Below are positions 12,596-24,340 of a stretch of 64,000 nucleotides of DNA, piece by piece. The position numbers were made by a program, and so were the translations under genes. Source of the stretch: Macrostomum lignano (taxonomy: Eukaryota); assembly GCA_002269645.1 (NCBI GenBank), contig NIVC01003170.1, positions 51,299 to 115,298 of the forward strand. The letters are read 5' to 3'. The stretch's first letter is position 1; the number at the start of each line of letters is the position of its first letter. The notes under the pieces were generated by a model that worked only from the letters and a program-made list of their open reading frames with translations, was not told the origin of the DNA and made no database searches.

Positions 12596-14052
12596 ATGGA
12601 CAGCAGGCTGTTGACGGTGGTAGCTGCGCTATCGCTGCTTGTCACCGCCTCTGCTGCAGCTGGTATGTCATTAAAATTGACTGAGTATCGCCCAATCACG
12701 AGCCAAATTCTTAAGAATTACCCTCGTACATGTACACGGTAGTACACCTAAACTTAATTCCAGAATTCTCGATTCAGCCAGTGCAACCAGTAGCAATCTC
12801 AGGGCACAGGACTTTTCCCGGTCTAAACGAGAGAGACTGCGCGATGAGGTGCGAATCGCTCGGCCTGCTCTGCTCGGTTGTTGCATTCGTGCGGGAATCC
12901 GGTCTCTGCCTGCTGTCTGCCATCCGGAATGCCAGCTTCGGAGCTGCTGCTGGCAGCGGCCAGGTGTTTCGCCGATCCGGCAGCGGGCTGAGTTTTGAGC
13001 CGTGTGAGTCGGAATTCGGTTGATAGGGTTTTATGGTAATGCCGCCCGGCCCTAGGCAATGATAAACATTTTACCTGTAGCTGGTAAACATCTTTTTTTG
13101 AGATGAAAAGTCATAACTGGAAGGACGCTACCTCGAACATCAGAAAATTTAATTGGGAGGTCTACGCTGCGACATGCATTAGCAATATAAGCTTTTGCAG
13201 CGTTTTATCAGCACTAAATTTGCAGTAACTCACTTTCTGAACTTTCCCTGCAGTCCTGCAGTAACAGAGGAACCTGTCATGTATTTTGTCCTCCGACGCT
13301 GATTCAAACATTTAATCGAAGATTGACAAAAGACAAAATAAAAAACACCAATAGTTATTAATTTTTAGTGCATTATGTACGATTCTTAATTTCAGAATAA
13401 ATCTGTACCAAACTTAATCAGATATTGTGGACGGCAGGACGTTCTGGGTGTTCTTGAAACGCGTTCTGGGCAATTTGAGCTTTGCTAAGACCTGGTCTGA
13501 ATACGAAAATGGATTTAGTGATGGAATCGACTTCTGGATTGGTAAGCAGTCAACAAAAGTCAAGTAGAAAGTAGAAAGAGCATCCTAGAACTGAATGTCA
13601 ATGCGTTTGTTTCAGGTCTTCGCATCATCAACGAGCTGACGGGCAGCACGCCGAGAGTGCTGCGGGTGGAGGCTGTCACCTGGGCTGACGAACTCTTCAT
13701 CGCCGAGTACTCCGGCTTCACCGTAGGCGACGCCAGCACCAACTACGCCATGACTTACACCTCGTACCTGACCGCCAGCTCCAACATGACGGGAGACGCT
13801 CTGGCCTACCACAAAGGCAGCCAGTTCTCCACTATGGACCGGGACAACGATGGCAGGTCCGGTTCCAGCTGCTCTGTGGCTCACTGCGGCAACGGCGGCT
13901 GGTGGTACTCGAGCTGCGCCTACTGCAACCCGAGCGGCGTCTACGAGACCTCCGTCATCGCTGATTCGCTCAAGAAGATGATGTGGAAATACGCCACTGG
14001 TGGCACCTATGCCGCTCTGAAAAGCATCCAGCTGATGGTGCAGAATGGTTAG
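12596..14052 (+). CDS. Secreted PAN/apple + FReD protein, paralogue 2
   Basis: Exons 12596-12662, 12764-13003, 13422-13541, 13616-14052. All GT-AG, same intron phases as paralogue 1. Motifs FSTMDRDND, GGWWYSSC, NPSG.Y. Confidence 0.92.
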
Positions 14053-14406
14053 GGTTGGTTTGGAGCTACGACAGGCATTGGCATACTGCAAAACTTTATA
14101 TAGACTGACAAAAAAGCATCTATCAGCAGTGTAGAACCAAATACGACGGACGGAACATCAAATATATGACGGCGGCTATAACTTTTTATGATTAGTTGAG
14201 GCTTGCAAAAAATGCTCCAACGTTATTTAATTTTGAGCAATCAAATTATCTGTTCCTTGTACTTTTCATTAACAATCGACATAAAACTACTATGAGCCGA
14301 TTTTTTCAATTCGAAATCTTATAAATCAATATTTATAAAAAATATTATCAAGATACTTACTGACGGAAACTCGCTACACGTGTGTTCTCCAATTTTATTT
14401 CAGTTG

Positions 14407-14956
14407 AGTAGAAGGCATGAGGGGGCTTTTGGGACAAAATTTTTCACGTCCTCCATAATCCCATTAAATCCATCCATATTATCCCTGACAGAATCAGAAA
14501 AAAGGGGGGTCGGACTTGTTCACAAAACGTCCTCCATAATCCCATTAAATCCATCCATATTATCCCTGACAGAATCAGAAAAAAAGGGGGGGGTCGCACT
14601 TACTCCAAAAACTTCGAACATAATCCACCTAAATCCATCCATATTATCCCTGACAGAATCAGAAAAAAAAGGGGAGGGGCCGCACTTGCTCCGAAAACTT
14701 CGAACATAATCCCATTAAATCCATCCATATTATCCCTGACAGAATCAGAGCAGGTGTCCACTGATACCTGTTATGCTCACTGTGGACACCTGTTATGTTC
14801 ACTGACACAGACATAATCCACTGACATCCATCTATAGCATGTTCGAAACAATCAGAAAATAATCTGCATTCTTCTCCCCACATTCAATTTGCAAAGCGAA
14901 ACCAGATCCCAAAGACTTTAAATCATCAGCGCAGGGTCCTCACCCTTTGAAAAAAA
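14407..14956 (+). repeat. Left TIR of the Maverick (4 internal units of about 80 bp)
   Basis: Reverse complement of 40571-41037, with one extra internal unit. Confidence 0.95.
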
Positions 14957-15231
14957 TTAAATTCTCAATAAAAAAAATGTTTCCAGTTGTCTCTCCGGGT
15001 TCTTATTACAAAGCGCACGAGCCTAATTACAAATCCAAGTACCGATGCAAACTTGAATGCAGCGAGTACATGAGAAAATATTGGCCCGGCATTGATATCA
15101 ATGTCCCTACCCGAGAAAAAAAAACAAACCAAACTTGCTAAGTACTTGGTAAGTCAACAATGCAACCTCGTGGCAAGTACCGCCTAAGTACTTTCTAAGT
15201 TTTCCAAGTACACTCAATAAGTACTTTCCAA

Positions 15232-15840
15232 GTATCAAGTATGCAATGTTTTCTCCAGTCACTTCTCAAGTACTTTCCAAGTATGCAATGTTTTCTCTAG
15301 TCACTTCTCAAGTACTTTCCAAGTTTGCAATGTTTTCTCCAGTCACTTCTTAAGTACTTTCCAAGTATGCAATGTTTTCTCCAGTCACTTCTCAAGTACT
15401 TTCCAAGTATGTAATGTTTTCTCCAGTCACTTCTCAAGTACTTTCCAAGTATGCAATGTTTTCTCTAGTCACTTCTCAAGTACTTTCCAAGTTTGCAATG
15501 TTTTCTCCAGTCACTTCTTAAGTACTTTCCAAGTATGCAATGTTTTCTCCAGTCACTTCTCAAGTACTTTCCAAGTATGTAATGTTTTCTCCAGTCACTT
15601 CTCAAGTATTTTCCAAGTATGCAATGTTTTCTCCAATCACTTCTCAAGTACTTTCCAAGTATGCAATGTTTTCTCCAGTCACTTCTCAAGTACTTTCCAA
15701 GTATGCAATGTTTTCTCCAGTCACTTCTCTAGTACTTTCCAAGTATGCAATGTTTTCTCAAGTCACTTCTCAAGTACTTTCCAAGTATGCAATGTTTTCT
15801 TAAATCACTTTTCAAGTACCTTCCAGGTATGCAATGTTCA
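15232..15840. repeat. 42-bp subterminal tandem array, about 14 copies
   Basis: Unit aagtactttccaagtatgcaatgttttctccagtcacttctc. Confidence 0.97.
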
Positions 15841-16962
15841 CAAGAGCTATAAATACTTATCACATTTCAAAGTGATTTAGGTGACTTATTTACGAGAAAG
15901 TATATGGTTCCAAGTGTGAACCTATTAAATATATAATTTATCTATAGAGCACTTGGCAAAATGTTGATACTCATACTATGGACTTGCAAAAGTTACAAAG
16001 AACAAAAAATAATTCCATCATACAGAATTTCACTTGTTAAAGAAAAAATTCAACAAGCAATAGGGAGCTTCAAAATAATTGTAAAGTGTACTGTTATATT
16101 GTATTCAAAGTATTGATACACATAAAAGTTGCAACTTAACAAATTATTCAAATGATCACAGGCAGAAAAAATGCAAGACAAAGAAAAAGCAGCATAAAAA
16201 ATGGACAATTATATAGCTAACAAATCTTCATTGTTTTCAGCAGGTTTTTTAAATATAGATGATGACATTTGTAGATGGTAGCTAAAATGGAAATTTAAGT
16301 GAATATGAATAATTATATTTCACAAAAAATTAAACCATGTAAATTTTACCCAGGTAATAGTTCTTAATCTAAAGAAATGCTAAGTAAATGCACTTTATAA
16401 CCAATAATATAACATAGTTTATAAATATACTTAAATATTTTTTTATTATAAATTGCTTAATTTTCTGATCTTAAAATCTAAATCATCAAATATACTAAAA
16501 ATAAAAATATTCTATAAACTAAAAATAAAATTTTAAGTCTAAATACTTCTAGGCTTATAATTAAAAACTAACTAGGCTTATATTATATTTCTAATAAGCT
16601 AAAGACAATTTATTAGAATGATTATAATTAGGCTATAATTGGGCCTAATCAACAAATATCCTAAGACTTAATAAAACAATATTATTACTACCAATCTATT
16701 ATCAATAATAAAAGTAAAAAATTTGCAATCAAAATTATTAACATAGCCTGGATAATTCTAGTCCAGCTGTCTAAAAGAAAAAAAACAAAGTATTTTTACT
16801 CTGAAGCATTTCTTGCACTTTTTACAATGACATTAAATCTGAAACTGAAGATTAAAAACAGAAGCTATAAGGCAAAACTATAAACAAGGTCAAGGTTAGA
16901 TAAGGAAGGCCAGATGATTTTTCCTATCTAACCATTATGCAGATCAAGACAATAATTCTTAA

Positions 16963-18246
16963 GTAGGCACTTCAGTGAGAAAATTAAATTTCAGAAATTG
17001 TTATAGGCTGCTATTTCACTAGATAGATCTTACTTTCCCATTTCCAAAATGGCCAAACTTTAGTGATTTGGTTGAGTAATAAGGAAACTACAGCTATTTT
17101 AGTAACCCCGATTTGTGCCTTTAGCCAATGGAATTTTTACATTACGGTTTGTGATCATTTTTGGCCAAAAAGTTGGCTTTTTGTCTTTGAACACTTGTAA
17201 TTAATTTTCTAGCCAACCAAAATGACTGTGCTTGGTGTCATTTTGTTCAGTTTTTTAGTGTTAATTGTATGAATTATATATTTTAATATTATTTTATATG
17301 CCCAAGTTGCTAAGCTAATTGAAACAGGATGGGTGTATGAAATTTTGACTATTTTAACCAGATACGCAATGATTGCAATTTTAAAAATACAATAGCATCT
17401 GTTCTGCTTGCTTAATTTATACAAGGCTAGTGTCATTTTGTTCAGGTTTTTACCTACTATAATACTATTCTACTTCTTGCCCTAAATTTTTAATGCATGA
17501 CAGACACCCCAACTGCAATGTAATGTGCTGTACAGGCTTTGCGCATGGGTTTATTAAAAAACGGTTTTGTCTATCGTGTTCAGCATAGCAGAATTAGTTA
17601 AATGACACAGAGAACTAGTTTGCCGGAAGGCAGAGTCTCACAAAAAACACGAAATACACGTTTCAATGGGTATTTTACATGTAAACGTATCAAAAAAAGA
17701 AACCTCCACAAAATTTTTGCGCCTATAGCTATTGACAAGCGGTTTTTTTTACTGTGCTTGTATTGTCAATAGGTAATGAAAAATATAAAGAGAAACAATG
17801 CAGGAAAAGGATTTCATGGAAAATTTTGGATTTGAAATTTTGCATAGAGCCATATGGGCATTAAAAGAAAAAAAATTTTTTTTTAACACCAGAAAAATGT
17901 TTCTAAATTATCCCTTTACACTATAAAACCTTTGTTTCCATTATAAGAAACACATTGCAGCTAAGAAAAAGCATTTTCTGAACCACTGTTTTTTTATTCA
18001 TTTTGGCTTCAATTTTATATTCCTCCTAAAAATGGTCAACTTTAAAAATAGACAGTGCAAAAAGTATAACAAAGCTAGACTTGCAGTTGGTGTCATTTGA
18101 AAGAGCTCCTTTTTACCTTTTAAATGCATATTTTACTTTCATCCTGGCTTCTATAGTTTCTTTAAAATCGCCCTTGAAAAATTGGACTTTTTTCTTACTT
18201 TTTTGCCATTGGCACGCACTTCTTATAACTCACTGAAGTCCCTATC
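16963..18246. mobile_element. Non-autonomous TTAA-flanked DNA transposon (Kolobok-like), 1.28 kb
   Basis: TTAA|GTAGGCACTTCAGTGAG at left and CTCACTGAAGTCCCTATC|TTAA at right (imperfect 17-18-bp TIR). No ORF. Confidence 0.7.
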
Positions 18247-19099
18247 TTAAGTCACAACTCAAAAAAGTCAGTTTTAAAATTTTATCTATATTTATATTCT
18301 GAGTCAGTATAAGTAATATACTAAGCCCATATGACTATAATATTAGCCTTCTAAAAAACTTCTAGATCTAGTTAAAGAAGCCAAGAAGGCAGGCCTATGC
18401 CTATAGGGCATAGTGGGTAGGCTGGCCTACTGGGCCATATAAAATGTCAATTACAATAACTATAGTCAGCCAATTGTTGAGCGACAAGGTATATCAACTA
18501 CTATATGAAATAAAATCGGCAACAAATAATTGCTAAAAGGCCTATCTAACTAAAGCCTAAGTTTGAAAAGAAAGATAAAAGGACAATTTTACACAAACCT
18601 ATGCGAAAGCGAAAATTAGAATTTTCGTTTCAAATTTTGACAGTTTAAACAAATTAGATAATAATCATTTGCCCCAAACAATATAAGATGTAATATATAT
18701 TTCATTTGTTAATGAAACAAACACTCAAGAATCAGTAAATACTGATATTTTAGCAAAACTTCCTAAAATTTTTGTCATAATAGATTAGTAAAAGAATTAG
18801 TCTTGCAATGTGCAATTGTGTAAATGTATTTATAGAGTCTTTTCATGTAAATTATGCAATCCAAAAGAATGTTTGCCTTTTACGGAACACTAGCTTTGAT
18901 GATGCAGCTAGCCAAGCTCTTCCCAAAGAAAAATACAGACACCTATAGCTTCGGGATGTATTGCTGTAGCTGTATTCAGCTGTATTCAGGAATATAAAAA
19001 TTCCGAGGAATAGCCAAATAATCATTTTTTGTGAGCGGGAGCGATGTCAGCTAAATAAAAGCTGTTATCCTGCTGGTAAAAAATGTGTATGTACGGATT

Positions 19100-20100
19100 T
19101 TGCAAACTTGGAAAGTCAACCAAGTAGGCTCTACTTTGGATACTTTCCAAGTACTTGGATGTAGACATCGGAAGTGTACTTTGCAAACTTGGAAAGTCGA
19201 ACCAAGTAGGCTCTACTTTGGATACTTTCTAAGTATTTGGATGTAGACATCGGAAGTGTACTTTGCAAACTTGGAAAGTCGAACCAAGTAGGCTCTACTT
19301 TGGATACTTTCCAAGTACTTGGATGTAGACATCGGAAGTGTACTTTGCAAACTTGGAAAGTCGAACCAAGTAGGCTCTACTTTGGATACTTTCTAAGTAC
19401 TTGGATGTAGACATCGGAAGTGTACTTTGCAAACTTGGAAAGTCGAACCAAGTAGGCTCTACTTTGGATACTTTCTAAGTACTTGGATGTAGACATCGGA
19501 AGTGTACTTTGCAAACTTGGAAAGTCGAACCAAGTAGGCTCTACTTTGGATACTTTCTAAGTACTTGGATGTAGACATCGGAAGTGTACTTTGCAAACTT
19601 GGAAAGTCGAACCAAGTAGGCTCTACTTTGGATACTTTCTAAGTACTTGGATGTAGACATCGGAAGTGTACTTTGCAAACTTGGAAAGTCGAACCAAGTA
19701 GGCTCTACTTTGAATACTTTCTAAGTACTTGGATGTAGACATCGGAAGTGTACTTTGCAAACTTGGAAAGTCGAACCAAGTAGGCTCTACTTTGGATACT
19801 TTCTAAGTATTTGGATGTAGACATCGGAAGTGTACTTTGCAAACTTGGAAAGTCGAACCAAGTAGGCTCTACTTTGGATACTTTCCAAGTACTTGGATGT
19901 AGACATCGGAAGTGTACTTTGCAAACTTGGAAAGTCGAACCAAGTAGGCTCTACTTTGGATACTTTCTAAGTACTTGGATGTAGACATCGGAAGTGTACT
20001 TTGCAAACTTGGAAAGTCGAACCAAGTAGGCTCTACTTTGGATACTTTCTAAGTACTTGGATGTAGACATCGGAAGTGTACTTTGCAAACTTGGAAAGTC
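19100..20100. repeat. 82-bp subterminal tandem array, about 12 copies
   Basis: Unit ggaaagtcgaaccaagtaggctctactttggatactttctaagtacttggatgtagacatcggaagtgtactttgcaaactt. Confidence 0.97.
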
Positions 20101-20345
20101 GATTGAAGTTGGGTAAAAACATTGCATACTTTTTAAGTACATGACAATGATACTTTGCAAACTTGGTAAGTCAACAATGTCATCCAAGTACATGGTTGAC
20201 TTGGAAAGTTTAGCATGTTTTTTTTTCCCGGGTAATATTAATCAAGCTCTCCAAAGACACTGGTTTCATAAGTATGGAATAACCTACGTAAAAGATTACG
20301 ACAGCTACTATAACTTTGCAGAAATCATTAAGCAATTGTGATTTC

Positions 20346-21213
20346 TTACATTCTCTCAATGATCAACGTCAATACAAACTCTTCACCGTTGAAATCAACA
20401 CCCATCCCATCTTCAGTCTCAAACTGTAGCACAATCTCGTGAATCTCCTTATTACTCAATACAACTCTTTTCACTGGATTTGGTTTCTCTACCACCATCT
20501 GTCCTCCAGCTACAGAGTTGGAGATATTGTACAAAATATTCGTTCGCTTTCCCTTAAATACCCAATCAAGACTGAGATTGCTTCTGATTAGAATATTCAA
20601 ACCCTTTACAATGTCTGCAATATTGGGTGCTAAGAACAAACCGCTTACATTTTCCCGGGCCATTTTAACGGTCCTCGATGCTTGAGTGGCGGTCCGCGCC
20701 GCGGATTCTGCCTTATAAACTTTCTTCTCGAATCCCAGTTCCCTATACCAAGTGTCATCTTTAAACTCAACCTCCGCATCTTTGTGAACTTGCATGACCA
20801 CTCTCATTACAGTGAGATCATAGGTTAGTTTGACAGGGAACAGTTTCTTCTCTGGCTTACTCGCATCAGGTGTCTCAAAATGGCCTCTCTTAGTAAAGAC
20901 ATTTTCTAGAAAGTTATTGTAGGTATCCACTCTTTGCGTGCTACCATGGAATACCACAGGGTCTGCTGCTGCACCTTTCCATTTGTAATAAAATTTATTA
21001 TTTGCTGCCATCACATTGGGAACGTTTGACCAACCAGTGAAGTCGTTAAGATAGACATGGTAGCTAATTAGCGCCAGGATCCAGGCGAATCGCCTGCTCT
21101 AATTTTTCAACAAACATCCCGTTTGAGTCATTAATTCGCCCAGTTATTGTAATAGGAATGCTCTCCTTAGAGTGAGAAACAATATTATTTAGTCTTTCAG
21201 CAATCGCTTCCAT
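20346..21213 (-). pseudogene. Minor capsid protein (penton), frameshifted near 21062
   Basis: MEAIAERLNNIV...AIRLDPGAN*, then after a 4-nt shift YHVYLNDFTGWSNVPNV...NNKFYY and C-terminal IHEIVLQFETEDGMGVDFNGEEFVLTLII, typical of Maverick mCP. Confidence 0.8.
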
Positions 21214-21232
21214 TTTTTCACAAAAAGAATAT

Positions 21233-22512
21233 TTAAACTTTACTGGATGAATTGTTGATCATGTTAAGCTTCACCTTCCTCTCAAATGCATAGACAATGT
21301 ACAGGTCCACGGGTGTTGCGGCAGTCCTTTCAATGTTAGTCACGATATTCACAGGGCTGTTATCAGTAGGCATTTGTCTGGCAGACACATCAGCGCCAAA
21401 CATCGGATATAGAGTTCCATTGCAGTGATAGCAATTCCATTGTTCTCTTTCACAGCCAAGTCGACCAACTCGCTATAAAATTTGCTAATCTTGTTTTGAC
21501 TGAAATCTCCATTTTGTGGCAGTGCAGGGTAAAGATTATCACTGATTTCATGCTGAATGGACCGCACGTCTCCATGCATGTAGCGTATAATGCTATTTGG
21601 GTTTCTCATATTAATAATGATATACCTTGGATTGCTGCATGATCCCTCTTTAATGCAGATGTTTGTTCTAGTTTCGTTTCGCTCATCTCGACACATGTAG
21701 GCCGTGTATGCAACATCAATGTCCTTCTCTATTGCCTTAAGATAATCAGCTTTTAGTGCAGTCTTTGGCTCAATGACTTCCAAATACAGCTCGATTCCGG
21801 TTAGCTTCACATCCATCCTAGTGTGATCCGCCCCAGTCCACAACGCTCTACTGCGATCATCTCTAGTCAGTCTAAATGTGTAGCTAAAGTTACTAGTCAG
21901 TCGATTAAATGTATTACAGAATCCACTCATGAATCTTAGTGGTACAAATACATCAACAGACCGATACTGCGGGTTCTTAGCAGCATCATCAGCACCTTGC
22001 AATGCATAGTTGTATCTCTTCTTCCTCTTTTTATAGCCACTGTCATTGGTGTCTCCTTCTTTTTCATCTGCAATAAAACCCGCACCACTTCCCAACTGAA
22101 TAAAATCAGGATTCTCGATCAAACAATGAGCGTCATAGACAATTCCAAAGTTGGCGATTCGCTCCAACTCAGTGCTCCCATTCGATACACTAAACTCCTT
22201 GAACATGTACGCCAAAAAGTTACTGATCAGAGCCACATCCGCATCATGCTTGTCAACGTTAGCACGAGCCGCATCCGCACCACCCTTTGTCTTGAATTGA
22301 AATGTCATATGGAAGCCGCTCTTAAGACTGTGCACACTAACCAGAGACGAACATCCATTGTAAGTGAATGTCAGTGTTTGACCAGGACCAAGATTAGTTT
22401 CATTCTGATTTTCCTGACTGGGAACTCTTACCTGAGTCGCTTTGATTGTGCTATCATCACTCAAAATAGGCTTGTTAATTTTGTAGAAAACTGGTGTCAG
22501 TGGGTCGTTCAT
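21233..22512 (-). pseudogene. Major capsid protein (double jelly-roll), frameshifted near 21410
   Basis: 387-aa ORF with N-terminal DDST...P...NLGPGQTLTF and FVPLRFMSGFC. The alternative frame continues PMFGADVSARQ...AFERKVKL...*, the expected MCP C-terminus. Confidence 0.82.
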
Positions 22513-22544
22513 TTTTTTTAACTAAAAATAAAATAAAATAAGAA

Positions 22545-23801
22545 ATGAAGCGAAAAAGTACACAGCAGATATCTGAATTGGAGAAGCTAGCACAAGCAGA
22601 GAAACGAGTTACCGGGCTAATAAATAAGGAGCAACAATCCTACAATGAGTTTGTCCAAGCAGCTACAGAGTTTCATAAACCCGGGTATGGAGAAGCTAAG
22701 AAAAATATTGATCAGGTCAAAGAAACTATCGACGACATACAGGAAACCCAGGTGCAAAAGGCTTTGGGCAAAATTCCAGAAGCACCACAGATACAGCCGC
22801 AACTACAACAATCACAACCACAACAACCACAACCACATCAATCACAACTAAAAGTGACAGATAACATTTTTGGACCAGTAGAGCGTGTAGAACATGATGG
22901 GAAATATGTATTTGGAATAAGTATGTGGAGAAAAAATATTTATAATGAACCAGTGGAATATTATATCGACATAAATAAGAAACATATTTCTGTTGTCAAA
23001 GGCTCGGAAACTAAGAGCATTCCTTTCACAGAAACCTTACTGAATTTTATGACCAAGAACCAAGAGAGAATCTCGGACAAACAGCTAAAGAACTACAGAG
23101 ATCTAGTGATTTTTTCTCTTGCTAGAGATATAGAAATACTAAAGGTCCCAGAAGTTCTGAAACACATGTACGATAGCGGTGTCAACCTGACTAAATTCAA
23201 AAAGTACAAGCACTTTAAACAATGGTTCGATTTGCCAGATCAGGGGGAAGTCATTGATCAGATGAAATATCTAGAACAACAACAGCAACCGCCACAACAG
23301 CAGCAACATTCCACAGAAGAACAAGTACTTAGTCAACTCGAGCAGTTAGACCCTTTGAAAGTAGCTGAATATAAAAATGATCACCCAGATGCCTGGCAAC
23401 TCTTAGAACAACACTCTCCAGATCGAATGAACAGAATCAAGCAAAGAGTTTTCACACCTCAACAAAGACAGGCGCCACATGACAGTTCCATCTCTGAAAG
23501 TGAGCAGTCTTTTGCATCACCTCCCCAGCAGCCACAAGCCCAACCAACTCCACAACCTCAAGACCAACCGCCTTCAACTGGAAAAGGAATAGCTGAAATC
23601 TACAAGCGAGTAGCGGTTCTTCTAGGAGCAGCAAAGACCGGAATGAAAGATGAGAATAGAAAAGAGTTCGTTCACATCCTCAATAAAATGCTTGAGAGAA
23701 AATACATCGATAAGAGGGCGAGAGAGCTTCTGCTTTCGCGGTTCAACAAAAAAAAATTTATTTCAAGTAAAAATGCCACTTATTTTCGAAAAAGACATTG
23801 A
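22545..23801 (+). CDS. Maverick hypothetical protein, 418 aa, Q/P-rich, with a conserved-looking C-terminal helix motif
   Basis: Long ORF. C-terminal GKG^IAEIYKRVAVLLGAAKTG...EFVHILNKML..YI resembles a motif I recall from Maverick proteins. Confidence 0.75.
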   Translation: MKRKSTQQISELEKLAQAEKRVTGLINKEQQSYNEFVQAATEFHKPGYGEAKKNIDQVKETIDDIQETQVQKALGKIPEAPQIQPQLQQSQPQQPQPHQSQLKVTDNIFGPVERVEHDGKYVFGISMWRKNIYNEPVEYYIDINKKHISVVKGSETKSIPFTETLLNFMTKNQERISDKQLKNYRDLVIFSLARDIEILKVPEVLKHMYDSGVNLTKFKKYKHFKQWFDLPDQGEVIDQMKYLEQQQQPPQQQQHSTEEQVLSQLEQLDPLKVAEYKNDHPDAWQLLEQHSPDRMNRIKQRVFTPQQRQAPHDSSISESEQSFASPPQQPQAQPTPQPQDQPPSTGKGIAEIYKRVAVLLGAAKTGMKDENRKEFVHILNKMLERKYIDKRARELLLSRFNKKKFISSKNATYFRKRH

Positions 23802-24150
23802 CAAATACTATGACAAAGAGGAACTTAATCTCATTAAACGCGGATCTGGACTTTTCCCTGCAGGCCACTATCCAAGAAAAGAACGCTCAGGGAACGGTCT
23901 TGCCGATTTGATCGCTCAGGGGGCCAAGATTTTTAAGGTCATTGGAGAGAACAAAGAGAACATCAAGAACGTTGCCGAAGCGGCTGGCAGTGTAGCCACA
24001 GCAGCCAAAAAGATAAAGGATACTGTAACACCTAAACAAGAGATTCAACCGCTGGCTCCGCTGGCCCCAAATCCAGACAATGTGGACCCTGCAGTCTATG
24101 AGAAGATGAGAGCTAGCATTAAAAAGGGAAGCGGTTTCAAATTTGACTAA
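23773..24150 (+). CDS. Small Maverick protein with GxG motifs and an amphipathic helix (candidate membrane-lytic virion protein)
   Basis: KRGSGLF, RSGNGLADLIAQGAKIFKVIG, KKGSGF. ATG preceded by an A-tract. Confidence 0.65.
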   Translation: MPLIFEKDIDKYYDKEELNLIKRGSGLFPAGHYPRKERSGNGLADLIAQGAKIFKVIGENKENIKNVAEAAGSVATAAKKIKDTVTPKQEIQPLAPLAPNPDNVDPAVYEKMRASIKKGSGFKFD

Positions 24151-24199
24151 AGGGTACTTTTCAAGGGTACAAGACATGTAAGAGTATAAGACTAGTCCT

Positions 24200-24302
24200 G
24201 AAATGACACATCTAAGTCCCAAAATGACACATTTAAGTCCCAAAATGACACATCTAAGTCCCAAAACGACACATTCAAGTCCCGAAATGACACATCTTCT
24301 AA
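24200..24302. repeat. 21-bp tandem repeat, about 5 copies
   Basis: Unit aaaatgacacatctaagtccc, just upstream of the ATPase. Confidence 0.9.
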
Positions 24303-24340
24303 ATGATTTATTATTTAATTTTTTTTCAATCATAGAAAAA

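Larger units (their letters stand above)
15110..20232. mobile_element. Non-autonomous DNA transposon, CMC/EnSpm-like (TA TSD, CCC...GGG ends, subterminal arrays), 5.1 kb
   Basis: TA|CCCGAGAAAAAAAAACA at left, TGTTTTTTTTTCCCGGG|TA at right. Large tandem arrays inside both ends. Removal restores the target ORF. The superfamily label is inferred. Confidence 0.8.
14977..20341 (+). pseudogene. Maverick small ORF (79 aa when rejoined), split by the nested DNA transposon
   Basis: Joining 14977-15109 to 20235-20341 (one TA removed) gives an open 240-nt frame MFPVVSPGSYYK...DINVP|NINQALQRHWFHKYG...IIKQL*. Confidence 0.75.

Noticed and set aside
15840-16960. Possible mitochondrial insertion (very AT-rich)
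   Set aside because: No recognisable mitochondrial gene, rRNA or tRNA; it lies inside the nested transposon.
15232-20100. Regular arrays that might be taken for CRISPR
   Set aside because: Units are contiguous with no unique spacers, there are no cas genes, and the context is eukaryotic; explained as subterminal transposon repeats.
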